Source: an uncultured virus (IMG/VR IMGVR_UViG_3300030333_004050) (Duplodnaviria; Heunggongvirae; Uroviricota; Caudoviricetes). Taken from it: a stretch of DNA of 64,000 nt. Within the stretch, counting starts at the first letter, position 1, and the number at the start of each line of letters is the position of its first letter. Where the stretch lies: IMG/VR virus record IMGVR_UViG_3300030333_004050; one strand, given 5' to 3'. The translations under genes were made by a program, and so were the position numbers. The notes under the pieces are model-generated. The model was not told where the DNA came from, did not search any database, and saw nothing but the letters and a program-made list of their open reading frames with translations. Below, one piece after another: positions 7,323 to 17,652 of the stretch.

Positions 7323-9893
7323 ATGATTTACGAGCCACTCTTGATTCTAAGCGTGAGGCCAATTGAAGAACCGAGCCGTTGGTGGACTGAGGTTCGAGCG
7401 AAGCGAAAGAATGGCGAAACTATCATTCTGAAAGTCACTGGTTGCACCCCGCAATTTTGGACTGAAAAATCAGTGTCGGTTTGTGAGGAAGTTTTTGTGT
7501 CAAAATTGACAAACCAGGATGTCATAAGATTTGAAGATAAGGGGATGCGTAGTATAGATGGTAAGTCGCTAACCACTGTAAGTGTCGAACGACCGTCAAA
7601 CATTCGTGAGATTCGAGACGAACTCTATCCTCATTATTGCGCGGACGCGAAGTGGGGTTCTCTCGTTCGGTGGTTGTATGGTTGGACTGCCGTCGTCAAA
7701 GTGCCGCTCAAGAATCTCAAACCGAGCGCGGATGGCTCGTATCTCGTGACACCTAAGAATATCCGGCCGTCTGATGAATCGCCGGATGGATTCAAGTTGA
7801 ACCTTCTATACTACGACATAGAAACTGCCGACTCACTCGACACTGAGAACGCACCGGAACGAATCGTATCTATCGCAATCTATGACGAGGCTACGGACAC
7901 CCATAAGGTTGGAACTACTGTTCCTACTCCTTCCAGGCTCGTCAAAAAGTTCCTGTCGAGTCAAGAAGCGTTGGAATCAGTAGTCGAACACACTAACCCA
8001 ATTCCACCACTGGACTTTGACAAAATCGAAGTTATCGCATTCGATGATGACGACGAGGACGAGCGCGAGCGCAAACTGATGTGGTGGTTTGACAACGAAT
8101 TGAAAACTCTCGACCCTGATGTAATCGCTGGTCAGAACATCTTAGACTACGACCACCCGTATGTAATCAACAGATGTAGGAACCAGGTTGGATTTCCCAA
8201 CATGAGGTATCTCAAGTATCTTCCATTCCTCGACACAAAAATTGCATACGCGGAACAGGTGAGAGGCGCGGCGGCTACAACTGGAGCGGCCAGTCTCGCA
8301 TGGATGGCGGGAGAAACTCTCGGCTACGGCAAAGTGCCTCGCACACGCATAACAGATTTGATGGTCCGCGACCCAGTAATGCTCGCTGTCTATAATGTGT
8401 GGGATAATGTATGCGCCGCGCGCTGTATGGAGAAGTTGAACCTACTTCCATTCTATGTGACTAAGACTGCCTATCACAACTCAACACTAACCAGTAGCCA
8501 TAGCAACATGATGTTGGTTGAAGACATGATGGGTCATTTACTGATGGACGAGAATATCGTAATGCCTTCCGCATCTCTAACGGCGTCTAAGATTGACGGC
8601 GGTATCGAGGCAGGGGGATTCGTGATGGACGCTCCTGTTGGAGTATGGGAGAACGCTATGGAAGTGGATAACTCAATGGAATATCCATCGGCCATGATAA
8701 CAGGCAACTTTTCACCGGACACTAAGATAGACCCGAACGACTATCCCGACGGCTTCCCATTCCCAGTGACTATTACTCCGAGCGGTCGGTATTACCGTCG
8801 AGACTTCGAGGGAATCATGCCTCGCGTCTTGAGGACATTAGCACAGGGTCGAGAGGACACACGAGGCCGGATGAAGACCGTTGAGTATGGGTCTGATGAA
8901 TACCTATCTTTGGATAGACGCCAGCGTGTCATGAAGGAAAATATGAACTCGTGGTATGGCGTATTGGGGTCGGGTCGAACTGAGAAGACGAAGAGACGAC
9001 CGTTCAGACTGGCTGACCCCGACATAGGCTCAGACATTACAGAAGTCGCGCGCCTACATAATGACTGGAATAAGAAATACATCAACAATCGAACCTTGAG
9101 TTGGAAGGGTCATGATGTTGAGTTTGAAACTCTCTATCAAGATACTGACTCGTGTAAAGTCGCTGTGAAGAACCAGGATGTCTTACCTACTATACTACGC
9201 GAGGACTTAGTTTGGTTTGCTGAAACATTGTGTGACGAGTTGAACGAATCGTTCGACGACTTCGTGAAAGAAACTCTCAATGTTGAGAAGAATGAGTTTT
9301 TCAGAATCAAACCCGACGCATACTACGCGCGTTATTTCCAATGGGGAGTCAAGAAGCGGTATGCCTATGTCGATTACAAGGGCAACTACGGATATAGGGG
9401 AGTTGAGATTCGACGGTCCTCGACACCAAAAATTGTGAAGGACATACAGAAAATAATTTTCGAGGCAATTCTCGCAGGTTCAGATTCTAAGGAGTTGAAT
9501 AGAATAATCAGACAACAAGTGGACTTCCTCAGAACCGACGCCCCTTCCATAGACTTCGGCAAACCTTCGGGAATGAAGAAGGCCGGAACTCAAGCACACA
9601 AGGCTTCGATGTGGTCGAATAAGAATCTCGGAACTGAGTTTGATTTAGGAGACAAGCCCTGCCTGTATCTCGCTAAGTCGGCGGAGCAACCATTACCGGA
9701 GAATAGGTGGGTTGCGATTGAATGGGGAGAAGACCCCGAAGACTTTGGTATCGTAGTTGATAGAGAAGGCAGTATCAACAAATACTGCGCCGAGTCTAAT
9801 TCATTCGAGGCCATATTGGGCGCGCTCGGCACTTCATGGTCGAAGGCATTGAATAGGACTGGCTCAGCGTCCTTTGACGAGTGGTTCGCGTGA
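7323..9893 (+). CDS. polB: Family B DNA polymerase with 3'-5' exonuclease
   Basis: ExoI YDIET, ExoII GQNILDYD, motif A D-x-x-x-x-YPS, motif B K-x-x-x-NS-x-YG, motif C DTDS, KKRY, RGVEIRR. Confidence 0.95.
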   Translation: MIYEPLLILSVRPIEEPSRWWTEVRAKRKNGETIILKVTGCTPQFWTEKSVSVCEEVFVSKLTNQDVIRFEDKGMRSIDGKSLTTVSVERPSNIREIRDELYPHYCADAKWGSLVRWLYGWTAVVKVPLKNLKPSADGSYLVTPKNIRPSDESPDGFKLNLLYYDIETADSLDTENAPERIVSIAIYDEATDTHKVGTTVPTPSRLVKKFLSSQEALESVVEHTNPIPPLDFDKIEVIAFDDDDEDERERKLMWWFDNELKTLDPDVIAGQNILDYDHPYVINRCRNQVGFPNMRYLKYLPFLDTKIAYAEQVRGAAATTGAASLAWMAGETLGYGKVPRTRITDLMVRDPVMLAVYNVWDNVCAARCMEKLNLLPFYVTKTAYHNSTLTSSHSNMMLVEDMMGHLLMDENIVMPSASLTASKIDGGIEAGGFVMDAPVGVWENAMEVDNSMEYPSAMITGNFSPDTKIDPNDYPDGFPFPVTITPSGRYYRRDFEGIMPRVLRTLAQGREDTRGRMKTVEYGSDEYLSLDRRQRVMKENMNSWYGVLGSGRTEKTKRRPFRLADPDIGSDITEVARLHNDWNKKYINNRTLSWKGHDVEFETLYQDTDSCKVAVKNQDVLPTILREDLVWFAETLCDELNESFDDFVKETLNVEKNEFFRIKPDAYYARYFQWGVKKRYAYVDYKGNYGYRGVEIRRSSTPKIVKDIQKIIFEAILAGSDSKELNRIIRQQVDFLRTDAPSIDFGKPSGMKKAGTQAHKASMWSNKNLGTEFDLGDKPCLYLAKSAEQPLPENRWVAIEWGEDPEDFGIVVDREGSINKYCAESNSFEAILGALGTSWSKALNRTGSASFDEWFA

Positions 9894-10003
9894 ATGTCGA
9901 AGAATGGGCTTCCTCGCGCGTAGCAACTATGCAACTCGTTAGAACAGTTGTAGGACTGTTGAAACTCATTGTAGCCATCTATGTGGTTGGGTGGGTATTG
10001 TGA
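9890..10003 (+). CDS. 37-aa membrane peptide
   Basis: Hand translation MNVEEWASSRVATMQLVRTVVGLLKLIVAIYVVGWVL; GTGA overlaps at both ends. Confidence 0.45.
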   Translation: MNVEEWASSRVATMQLVRTVVGLLKLIVAIYVVGWVL

Positions 10004-10476
10004 ATTGGAAGAGACACCTATACTATACATTGCGCGTGAGATGTGGATTTACCCACCACCAAGCCAGGCGAATTATTTTGGATAGATACGGAACGGCTGA
10101 GCAATTCAGAAATCTATTCCATCGAGAGGCGAAGAAAGAGGCGGAAGAGTTTGCACCCCTCATAGAATCAATCGTCATCTCGGCCGCATCAGCACCAACA
10201 CCCGAAGAGGCGAGTAATCGGATTCTCAAACAGGGGTGGCCGACTTATCCAAAGTCAGAACCAATTTTACCATACTCGATAATTTCTCAATCCACTCGGC
10301 AGGTAGCCCAGTTGAAGGAGTGGCGTAGTCCTTCGACGGAAGCCAGCAAGTTGTGGTATGGACCAAACAAGATTCTCAAACATGAAATCAAACAGGGCAA
10401 ACGCGAGTTTGAGGAACGCAACATTGGAACTTATCTTCAAATTAGGAAGGCGACGAAGTCTCATAATTCTCCTTAA
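10000..10476 (+). CDS. Hypothetical protein
   Basis: Long ORF with a GTGA-coupled start. Confidence 0.6.
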   Translation: MNWKRHLYYTLRVRCGFTHHQARRIILDRYGTAEQFRNLFHREAKKEAEEFAPLIESIVISAASAPTPEEASNRILKQGWPTYPKSEPILPYSIISQSTRQVAQLKEWRSPSTEASKLWYGPNKILKHEIKQGKREFEERNIGTYLQIRKATKSHNSP

Positions 10477-10486
10477 TAGGGTGGGG
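10473..10486 (+). promoter_or_regulatory. Class II promoter
   Basis: TTAATAGGGTGGGG, ATG at 10503. Confidence 0.65.
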
Positions 10487-10502
10487 AATGCCTGTTTTGG
10501 TT

Positions 10503-10673
10503 ATGGGTGGCGCGCGCTATAAGTGTAGTAAGTGTAAGAGAATCGTTCGTTTTTGGGCGGCGCAATCTCGCAAGCCGAAGAAGTGCGCTCGTTGTTGCAG
10601 GGAAGAAAGGGAAGAGAAGGGAACGCCATTTCCTACGCATAACCTTAGCCGAGAACTCGGCGGAAAGCGATAA
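10503..10673 (+). CDS. Basic zinc-ribbon microprotein
   Basis: CSKC...CARC; start at promoter-defined distance. Confidence 0.55.
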   Translation: MGGARYKCSKCKRIVRFWAAQSRKPKKCARCCREEREEKGTPFPTHNLSRELGGKR

Positions 10674-10847
10674 TGTCACTGGTGACAAAAATGAGTAGCC
10701 ACACCAAACGGTATGAGATGTGAAGACAATGCAATACTCCCCTATCCTATATACGCGAGAGCCTATACGAACGCACATCTTATATACTACCATGCAATCC
10801 GACAACTACCGCCGAAGAGAGGCGGGCCAACACAAGGACTGAGAAAA

Positions 10848-12035
10848 ATGAGTAAGCGAACACAAAGAGCAATGAGAGAAGCAACCGAAAGGGCAGGCGG
10901 GAGAATCGACGAGGCGACCTTCTTAGAAGAGACGCACCGTATCATTCACGCCAATGGTGGAGACACCAGTATGGAGTCATTGAAGAAAAATGCCTTCACA
11001 CGCTCACGACTAAGCGGCGCAGGCGTCGAGAGAGTCACAATCGGAACAGACAAGCAAATATGGCTGAGCGAATTAGCCGAGAGAGCGAGAAAGGGAGAAA
11101 TGGGTATCGGCGGCGGAACTGCAATCGCGGCAATCGCGCCTGCGACCGAAGGCGACTTCGGAGTATTTCACGGCGTAGCACGAGCAGACCCCGAACAGTG
11201 GCCTCAACACCTTCGCCACCTTATCCCCGAAGTCAAGGGCTATGTCGAATCCCCACGCGGGGAGTTTAGGCACATAGGCGCAATGGTTCGCCGAAGCCTC
11301 GCAGGTGACTCTTCTAACTGTCATCTGAATGCCGAAGGACCGACAGGTTGCGGTAAATCCCGAATGGCTATGGACTTCTTCGGAGAACTAAACTGGCCTG
11401 TAATCAGAATCAACATGAGCGACGGTGTGTCCGAAGAGACTCTTCTCGGACGCCTTCACCTTGAGGACGGAAATGTCTCATACCTTGACGGAGTATTGGT
11501 CGAGGCTATGGAGAACGGAATCCCAATCATCTGTGACGAAATCAACGCCATGAGAGACAACACGAGCATTGCTATGTTCTCCGCTATGGACTCCGGCTAT
11601 GTCATTCTCCCCGAAGACAATAACCGCGTCGTCCGCGCCAAAGAGGGCTTCATGGTCATTGGAACAATGAACCCTAACTACGCAGGCACTAACGAGCAGA
11701 ACGAAGCATTCCGCAACAGGTTCAGCCGAAAGTTAGTCTTCGAGTATTTGCCCGAAGACCTTGAGGTTGAGGTTATCCAAGCGCAGTCCGGCTTCACCAA
11801 CCACATGGTCGCCACGCAACTGGTCAAGTTTGCGAACGACCTTCGTGAGTTGAAAGAAATGCGAAAGGGCATCACGAGCGACACATCGACTCGTGCTTTG
11901 GTGCAGGTTCTCATGGACTTGCGAGACGGGTTCTCAATCACCGAAGCCCTTGACGAAAACTTCGTCGGCAACTACGGCGAGCGCGAGCGCGAGACAGTCC
12001 AGTTGACCGCACGAGCGCGCCTATCAGACTACTGA
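10848..12035 (+). CDS. MoxR/CbbQ/CobS-like AAA+ ATPase
   Basis: Walker A GPTGCGKS, Walker B IICDEIN, TMNPNYAGT, NEAFRNRF, STRAL. Confidence 0.88.
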   Translation: MSKRTQRAMREATERAGGRIDEATFLEETHRIIHANGGDTSMESLKKNAFTRSRLSGAGVERVTIGTDKQIWLSELAERARKGEMGIGGGTAIAAIAPATEGDFGVFHGVARADPEQWPQHLRHLIPEVKGYVESPRGEFRHIGAMVRRSLAGDSSNCHLNAEGPTGCGKSRMAMDFFGELNWPVIRINMSDGVSEETLLGRLHLEDGNVSYLDGVLVEAMENGIPIICDEINAMRDNTSIAMFSAMDSGYVILPEDNNRVVRAKEGFMVIGTMNPNYAGTNEQNEAFRNRFSRKLVFEYLPEDLEVEVIQAQSGFTNHMVATQLVKFANDLRELKEMRKGITSDTSTRALVQVLMDLRDGFSITEALDENFVGNYGERERETVQLTARARLSDY

Positions 12036-12119
12036 GCGAGGGAGCAAATACGGGGGGTGGGGTGCTACCCTCGCTCCGTGTGTTGGTATTCTCATACCCC
12101 ACTCCCCACCCTCGCTCAG
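12032..12119 (+). other. Intergenic element with two mutually exclusive stem-loops
   Basis: GAGCGAGGG (12034-12042) can pair with CCCTCGCTC at 12068-12076 or at 12109-12117; GGGGGGTGGGGT (12052-12063) pairs with ACCCCACTCCCC (12096-12107). Confidence 0.6.
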
Positions 12120-12128
12120 ACAACACCA

Positions 12129-12143
12129 TTCATAATGGTGGGG
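12129..12143 (+). promoter_or_regulatory. Class II promoter
   Basis: TTCATAATGGTGGGG, ATG at 12158. Confidence 0.6.
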
Positions 12144-12157
12144 CGCGAAGGGCAGGC

Positions 12158-12328
12158 ATGACTTCCGACGCGGATGACAGGATGACCCGATTAGAACACC
12201 GAGTAATGCAACTGGAGAGGATGGTTGACACCCTCTTAGAGCGCACCCGTCCAATGAGAATTGACACGGACATTAGTCAAGCAATTGACGAGGCTCAACA
12301 AATGACATTAACCGACTTCAACCTTTGA
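12158..12328 (+). CDS. Small coiled-coil protein
   Basis: RMTRLEHRVMQLERMVDTL heptads; promoter-defined start. Confidence 0.55.
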   Translation: MTSDADDRMTRLEHRVMQLERMVDTLLERTRPMRIDTDISQAIDEAQQMTLTDFNL

Positions 12329-13077
12329 AGGCAACCAACATGAAAATTATTCACGGCCCAACTGGGAGTGGAAAAACTACGCGCGCTCTTAGCGAGAGCG
12401 AGGCCGAAGGACTTGAGGTTGTCACTGGTGACAATCCGAAGAAAATCTTAGCCGACGCTCGGCATCCATCCTTCTTTGGAAAAGGTCGAGTTGCTTTGCT
12501 TGAGGCTGAGCATTATACCCGTTCTGAATGGAACGCCGTTAGAGCCATTCTAAGCGCGTCTCCACCCAAAGTGATAATCGAGGTCGTCAACCTTGAAAGC
12601 ATCCCATACGCAATACGCAGGGGGGCAAATACGGTGTATCATCCCGCACCCACACAATCGGAATTATTCAACTATCTCAGTGACCTATCAAATGGTGACT
12701 TTTCATTCGAGGTCATCCAATCTATCTCGGAGAAATGTTCGTCATACAACATGGCGAGAAATGAACTGCTGAGTTTTGGAGAAGGAGCAAAGACGACGGG
12801 AGTCCGTCAACCCGACGCGACTCGTGCTTCCTTGACTGGAACTTTGCATCCGTCTCAAAGTCCTCATCCACTGGGAGTTATGCGGTCGGCACTGTTCAAC
12901 GGTGAAGACCCCGAACGCGTCTCCGTAGCGAATCAAATCCATAGCCAGGCATGGCGAGTTGAAGGCATGGCTGAGGTATCTCAAACACTGGTTGAGACGC
13001 TTCGTAGTAATGCGAATTACCGAAAGCCCCCGTATTCATATAGACCCAACTCTTATATAGGGCGGTCGAGGTGGTGA
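12325..13077 (+). CDS. Degenerate AAA+ protein, probable RFC large-subunit analogue
   Basis: IIHGPTGSGKTT Walker A, SFFGKGRVALLE degenerate Walker B; RFC small subunit is encoded nearby. Confidence 0.55.
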   Translation: MKATNMKIIHGPTGSGKTTRALSESEAEGLEVVTGDNPKKILADARHPSFFGKGRVALLEAEHYTRSEWNAVRAILSASPPKVIIEVVNLESIPYAIRRGANTVYHPAPTQSELFNYLSDLSNGDFSFEVIQSISEKCSSYNMARNELLSFGEGAKTTGVRQPDATRASLTGTLHPSQSPHPLGVMRSALFNGEDPERVSVANQIHSQAWRVEGMAEVSQTLVETLRSNANYRKPPYSYRPNSYIGRSRW

Positions 13078-13081
13078 GGGT

Positions 13082-15349
13082 ATGAGCGCAGACGCGACCG
13101 CCAATCCAATGCAAGAAGAGACGAACCGCCTATCGGCAAAGTTAGGCCAATCCGCCATCAATGGCTTCAAGAATCGAGTAAGGCAACGCCGACTGGCTCA
13201 TGTTGCGAGAATCCTATCCGGTGAATGGAATAATGGTGGGGCAAAGGCAGTATCAGTCCAACTCAATGACGACGGCATAGCCGCTACTGACGGGGCTAAT
13301 GTCTTCATTCCACGAGTATGTATTCCCGAAGACGAAGCGGCTAATCTAATCGCTCAAGAAGCAATCCTCGCTCACGAGGCGGCAGGCCACCTTCGCTACA
13401 CTGACTTTGAGGCATGGAACGACCTTCGCCGAACAGTCAACAACGGAACAGACGACATACTCATTCACCCTATGGTGAACATCTTAGAAGACGCGAGAAT
13501 CAACCACTTAGTCGGTCAAGACTTTCATGGGTCGGGCAACAAAATTACATGGCTCAATCACTACTACACTCAGAAGCACGAAGCCGCATGGGCTGAGACT
13601 GGCGGAGACACACTAAAGGGTGTCATGTGTGGTATCATGACCGAAGTCATCAACGGCACACCTTCATTCATTGACGACGAAGAAGTCGAGGCAATCCTTG
13701 ACGACCTGCGCCCACTGTATGCAAACGCAGTCCGTCAACCATCCACTAAGGCAGTTATCAAGCAGGCTCGCCGAGTTATCAAGAAACTACGCGAGCATTT
13801 CCCACTTGACGAAGAAGACTGCGACTCGCCCGACTCAGACGACGGCGGCGACGCTGACTGCGACAGTGCATCAGACGGAGAAGGTGCAGGCACAGGCATT
13901 AGCAATGAAGCCCTTTTGGAACTCGACGAAATCACTGAAATGCTTGAAGAAATGGGAATGGACCGCCACACCCTCTCGGACTTAGAAGCCGCCATGCGCG
14001 AGCAACTAAGGCGAGCGGCGGCGGGTGAAGAAGTAGCCGAAGAAGTATCACCAACTCGCTTTGACGACATGAGCATCGGTGGCGAAACTGGCGAGGGCGG
14101 CGACGACGGAGACTCCGGTATCGAAGTCGAAGGCGCAGGCAGTGACAACTGTCCGGTCATGACAGGCGGAGAGAAGAAGCACGACGACGGAGACATGGGC
14201 GAGGCATACGACGAGACAATGGTCGGAGACGCCACTAACATGGACTCAGACAACTCAGAAGACGAAGCGGCAGGCTTTGGCGGAGTCGGCACTAACTCCA
14301 CCACTAAGGCAACCGCCGAAGGCGTGTTTGAGCAAATCATGAGAGCGGCAGTCGAGGCAATCGAAGTCGAGGACACAACCGTCATGACAGACGCTCAAGA
14401 CTACATCTTCGACGCTGAGGACTCATACGACATTTCCGAAATCCACAGTGGCCTTGACGAAGAAGGCCATGCAATCGAGACAGTCGAGTTTTTCGACGCT
14501 CGAATGGACCACAGTGGGCCGGACCACATGGACGAAGCAGTCGAACACTACGACCTAACAGTCGAGAAGAATGAAGACTCAATCCAAACCTTAGTCGAAG
14601 TCTATCAGCGCAAACTACGCGGCTTAGACACCCGTTGGAACACCCAACTACGCAGGGGCAAACTCGACACAAAGAGGCTCAACAGACACGGCCTATCTCG
14701 CAACCTATTCAAGAAGAGAAATGTTCAAGACGACCCAACCGCGAATGTCATCATCTTGGTTGACGCATCCGGTTCAATGGGCGGACACCACGAGGGAGTC
14801 AAGGGAACATCGAGAGCGCACTATGCGGCTGAGGCAGGCGTAGTATTCCACGAGGTATTCCACAGGCTCGGCTTCAATGTCGAAGTAGTTGACTTCTCAA
14901 GCGGCTACGGCAAAGGCACTTGCGGCTACACTCAAATTGCAGTCCAAAGGCAGGCAGGCCATCCTCTAACAGACCGCGTTAAGGCGGCTCTAAGGCTACC
15001 CGCCTATGGGTCGGAGAACGCGGACGGACGCGCTATCAACTGGTGCTACAACAGGCTCAAAGAAATGGGTATCGAGTCCGCATCAGCGAACATGGTTTTC
15101 ACCATCTCAGACGGCGCACCCGCAGGCCCGTCACCTAACGGAATCTCAACCAGTGAGGACTTGAAGAATGTAGCCGCCAACCCGCCACGCGGAGTTGAGT
15201 TATTCGCTCTCGGTGTGTGTGGCTCTCCAGTCAACCGCTACTACGAACACTCGCTATCCATTAACGGAATCTCGGACATTACAGACTCCGGTCTTCACCT
15301 AATCGAAGAAATGCTTGAGCGCGTCAGAATGAATCGGGTTGTGGTCTGA
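13082..15349 (+). CDS. vWA-domain (CobT-like) protein, partner of the AAA+ ATPase
   Basis: N-terminal AATDG...HEAAGH...NILEDARI, long acidic linker, MIDAS LVDASGSM and ISDGAP. Confidence 0.85.
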   Translation: MSADATANPMQEETNRLSAKLGQSAINGFKNRVRQRRLAHVARILSGEWNNGGAKAVSVQLNDDGIAATDGANVFIPRVCIPEDEAANLIAQEAILAHEAAGHLRYTDFEAWNDLRRTVNNGTDDILIHPMVNILEDARINHLVGQDFHGSGNKITWLNHYYTQKHEAAWAETGGDTLKGVMCGIMTEVINGTPSFIDDEEVEAILDDLRPLYANAVRQPSTKAVIKQARRVIKKLREHFPLDEEDCDSPDSDDGGDADCDSASDGEGAGTGISNEALLELDEITEMLEEMGMDRHTLSDLEAAMREQLRRAAAGEEVAEEVSPTRFDDMSIGGETGEGGDDGDSGIEVEGAGSDNCPVMTGGEKKHDDGDMGEAYDETMVGDATNMDSDNSEDEAAGFGGVGTNSTTKATAEGVFEQIMRAAVEAIEVEDTTVMTDAQDYIFDAEDSYDISEIHSGLDEEGHAIETVEFFDARMDHSGPDHMDEAVEHYDLTVEKNEDSIQTLVEVYQRKLRGLDTRWNTQLRRGKLDTKRLNRHGLSRNLFKKRNVQDDPTANVIILVDASGSMGGHHEGVKGTSRAHYAAEAGVVFHEVFHRLGFNVEVVDFSSGYGKGTCGYTQIAVQRQAGHPLTDRVKAALRLPAYGSENADGRAINWCYNRLKEMGIESASANMVFTISDGAPAGPSPNGISTSEDLKNVAANPPRGVELFALGVCGSPVNRYYEHSLSINGISDITDSGLHLIEEMLERVRMNRVVV

Positions 15350-15351
15350 AA

Positions 15352-17187
15352 ATGAAAGCCCCGCCACCGCACCCGCGCGCTACTGGAGCGCGAGTTGAAC
15401 AGTATCAAATGGAGCGCGAACTCGAAAAGTTGGAGAAGCACTATGAGGGCGCGAAAAGACTTGACCTTCCTTCGCTTAACTTCTCTCATTTTCTCCATGA
15501 AGTAATCGAAGGTGTCAATATCAATTTGGAAAAACACTTCTCGGACGAGAAGGCCAACGAAGTTAGAGACACCGCTCATATTCTGTTAGAAGCAATGGGC
15601 GAATCAAGGAATCCATCAATAACAAAACCAATCAAGACACCTATATGCGAGCCTTATTCACAGAAGGAGTTGAGAAGTAGTCTCGCTAAAATAATGCGTA
15701 GTCATGTTGACAATTTCCACATACGAAAAATCGAGGGAACTACCAAACACAATTGGTTGAATGGTGGTCATCGGTATCTCGGACGAGCCATTAAGGGCAA
15801 CCCCGACACTCGGTATAAGCCGCGCGCTATGGAAGCGTTGTTGGCTACCAATACGACTCACAATCTAATGTGGCTGACTTGCGGTAATACAGTAATTCAA
15901 GCGACTCAGACATACCGTGAATACTTCGACGACAATGACCTAATCAATGAACTCAATGAATGGAATCGTAGCAATCAAATATCGAAGTGTCGAAAGTGGC
16001 TTCCGTGTGAATCACACGACGGGTTCGGTGTCACACAGGGAACACACGGCTTCTTCGTTGACCCCAAAATCTCGACATGGAGAAGTCCATTCAACCATAT
16101 ATGGGAATACGACACAGACAGAATCGAATACTCCGAGTTCATTGAAGTCATTTTGACTGACATATTCATTCTATTACTAAGAGAATCCTTCACGCCTCTA
16201 TTCGTTGACCGTAGCACCCTTTACGGCTTAGACTCGAAACTGGGTTTGCTGAAACTGAAAATCAAGTCCTCAGCAAGTCATCGCCTTGACAAAAATGACG
16301 GCGACCCGTTGAAGCAATGGAACGCCTGGAATAATTTTGAAACTGTGTTGTCTGACGGTGGAGAGACAATGACTGACCTATTCACTCAAGCATGGCTCAT
16401 ACTACACACGCCACGCTCGCGCAAGGACTTAGGGGCTTATCTCCCCCTTTGCGGAATTGCCTCTCTCAGTGACGACACAATGGACTATCAAGCATGGGTT
16501 CGGGGGTATAACCAATTCGCCAAATCCTTCCCCTTTCTGTATGGTATGACAGAAGACCCGAATAACAAATACAACTGGGAGCGAACCTTTGCACGGCTAA
16601 GACACGAATACAAACAGGAGAAGCAAATTGCGGCCACGCTCAAGAAGCCGCAATCCAAACAAGAGAATGTCAAGCAAACATACGCTATGCTATTTCTTAG
16701 AAGTGCTATGCAACAGGAGTCATACGGACTAACTGAATCTTATTCTCGGTCTGTCGCTTTAGGAGAGGCAGAACGCTATCGTTTGAATCCGACTACACTC
16801 GTTGAGGCCATCGGAGTTCACACCGAAGGAGAACGCATTACACAACGAAAGTGTTGGTGGCTTGACAACTTGAAAGCACCATCAGCAGACATACACTACA
16901 ATTACATTACAGGTCGAACGACCGAACCTACCGAATGGGGGGAGACAATGACAGAAACAAAAATGGAAGACGCAACAAGGACGACGGAGTTTATTCCGTC
17001 GTGGAAAGACAACCGACCGCCTAAATTGGTGAATGTAAATGGCGCACCACCGAAAGGGTTTAACCACTACGAGGTTCGTTGTGAGAAGTGCAACGGACGC
17101 GTGACTCTCTCAACTCCTTCGGGCGGGTTGAAGACGAAGGTAAAGTGTCCTCACTGCAAGACACATGACATAGAGGTTGAAACATGA
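15352..17187 (+). CDS. Large hypothetical protein with C-terminal Zn ribbon
   Basis: 611-aa ORF; CEKC...CPHC at the C-terminus. Confidence 0.75.
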   Translation: MKAPPPHPRATGARVEQYQMERELEKLEKHYEGAKRLDLPSLNFSHFLHEVIEGVNINLEKHFSDEKANEVRDTAHILLEAMGESRNPSITKPIKTPICEPYSQKELRSSLAKIMRSHVDNFHIRKIEGTTKHNWLNGGHRYLGRAIKGNPDTRYKPRAMEALLATNTTHNLMWLTCGNTVIQATQTYREYFDDNDLINELNEWNRSNQISKCRKWLPCESHDGFGVTQGTHGFFVDPKISTWRSPFNHIWEYDTDRIEYSEFIEVILTDIFILLLRESFTPLFVDRSTLYGLDSKLGLLKLKIKSSASHRLDKNDGDPLKQWNAWNNFETVLSDGGETMTDLFTQAWLILHTPRSRKDLGAYLPLCGIASLSDDTMDYQAWVRGYNQFAKSFPFLYGMTEDPNNKYNWERTFARLRHEYKQEKQIAATLKKPQSKQENVKQTYAMLFLRSAMQQESYGLTESYSRSVALGEAERYRLNPTTLVEAIGVHTEGERITQRKCWWLDNLKAPSADIHYNYITGRTTEPTEWGETMTETKMEDATRTTEFIPSWKDNRPPKLVNVNGAPPKGFNHYEVRCEKCNGRVTLSTPSGGLKTKVKCPHCKTHDIEVET

Positions 17188-17627
17188 ACTCAAAGAAAAG
17201 ACGCGAAAGAATACTCAAGAATTGTATGTTGAAGGCAAAGCAACAGGGGCATAAAATCCTCTCCAGTGCTGACATTGCTGAACGCTACAATGACTCTCCA
17301 CAGGTTCGACCTAACATGGAGTTGACTGCAACTCAAGTCACATATTTTCTAAAGCAACTGGTCCGAGAGGACGAGGCGGTTGAATCGGTTGTATTGTCTA
17401 AGAACGGAGTTAACCGACATGGAAATGCGCGCGTGAAGTTGGGCTACATCATCAACGACTCAGCCACAGAAGACCCCGACATCCTACAACCTACGAAAGT
17501 CCGTAAGACAATCTCGGTAATCGTAGGAAAACAAGAATTGGAATATCTCGAAAAGTGCAAGGACGAGAAGAACGAATCTCCAGGCGCAGTCTTCCGCAGG
17601 CTCATTGCTGAGGACTTGAACCGTTAA
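17184..17627 (+). CDS. Putative DNA-binding protein (wHTH-like N-terminus, ribbon-helix-helix-like C-terminus)
   Basis: LSSADIAERY...LTATQVTYFL; TISVIV...LEYLEK...SPGAVFRRLI. Confidence 0.55.
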   Translation: MNSKKRRERILKNCMLKAKQQGHKILSSADIAERYNDSPQVRPNMELTATQVTYFLKQLVREDEAVESVVLSKNGVNRHGNARVKLGYIINDSATEDPDILQPTKVRKTISVIVGKQELEYLEKCKDEKNESPGAVFRRLIAEDLNR

Positions 17628-17632
17628 TACCC
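17623..17632 (+). promoter_or_regulatory. Class III (structural-gene) promoter
   Basis: GTTAATACCC, GTG start 29 nt after TTAATA. Confidence 0.65.
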
Positions 17633-17652
17633 ATCAGCCCTACCCAACCATC

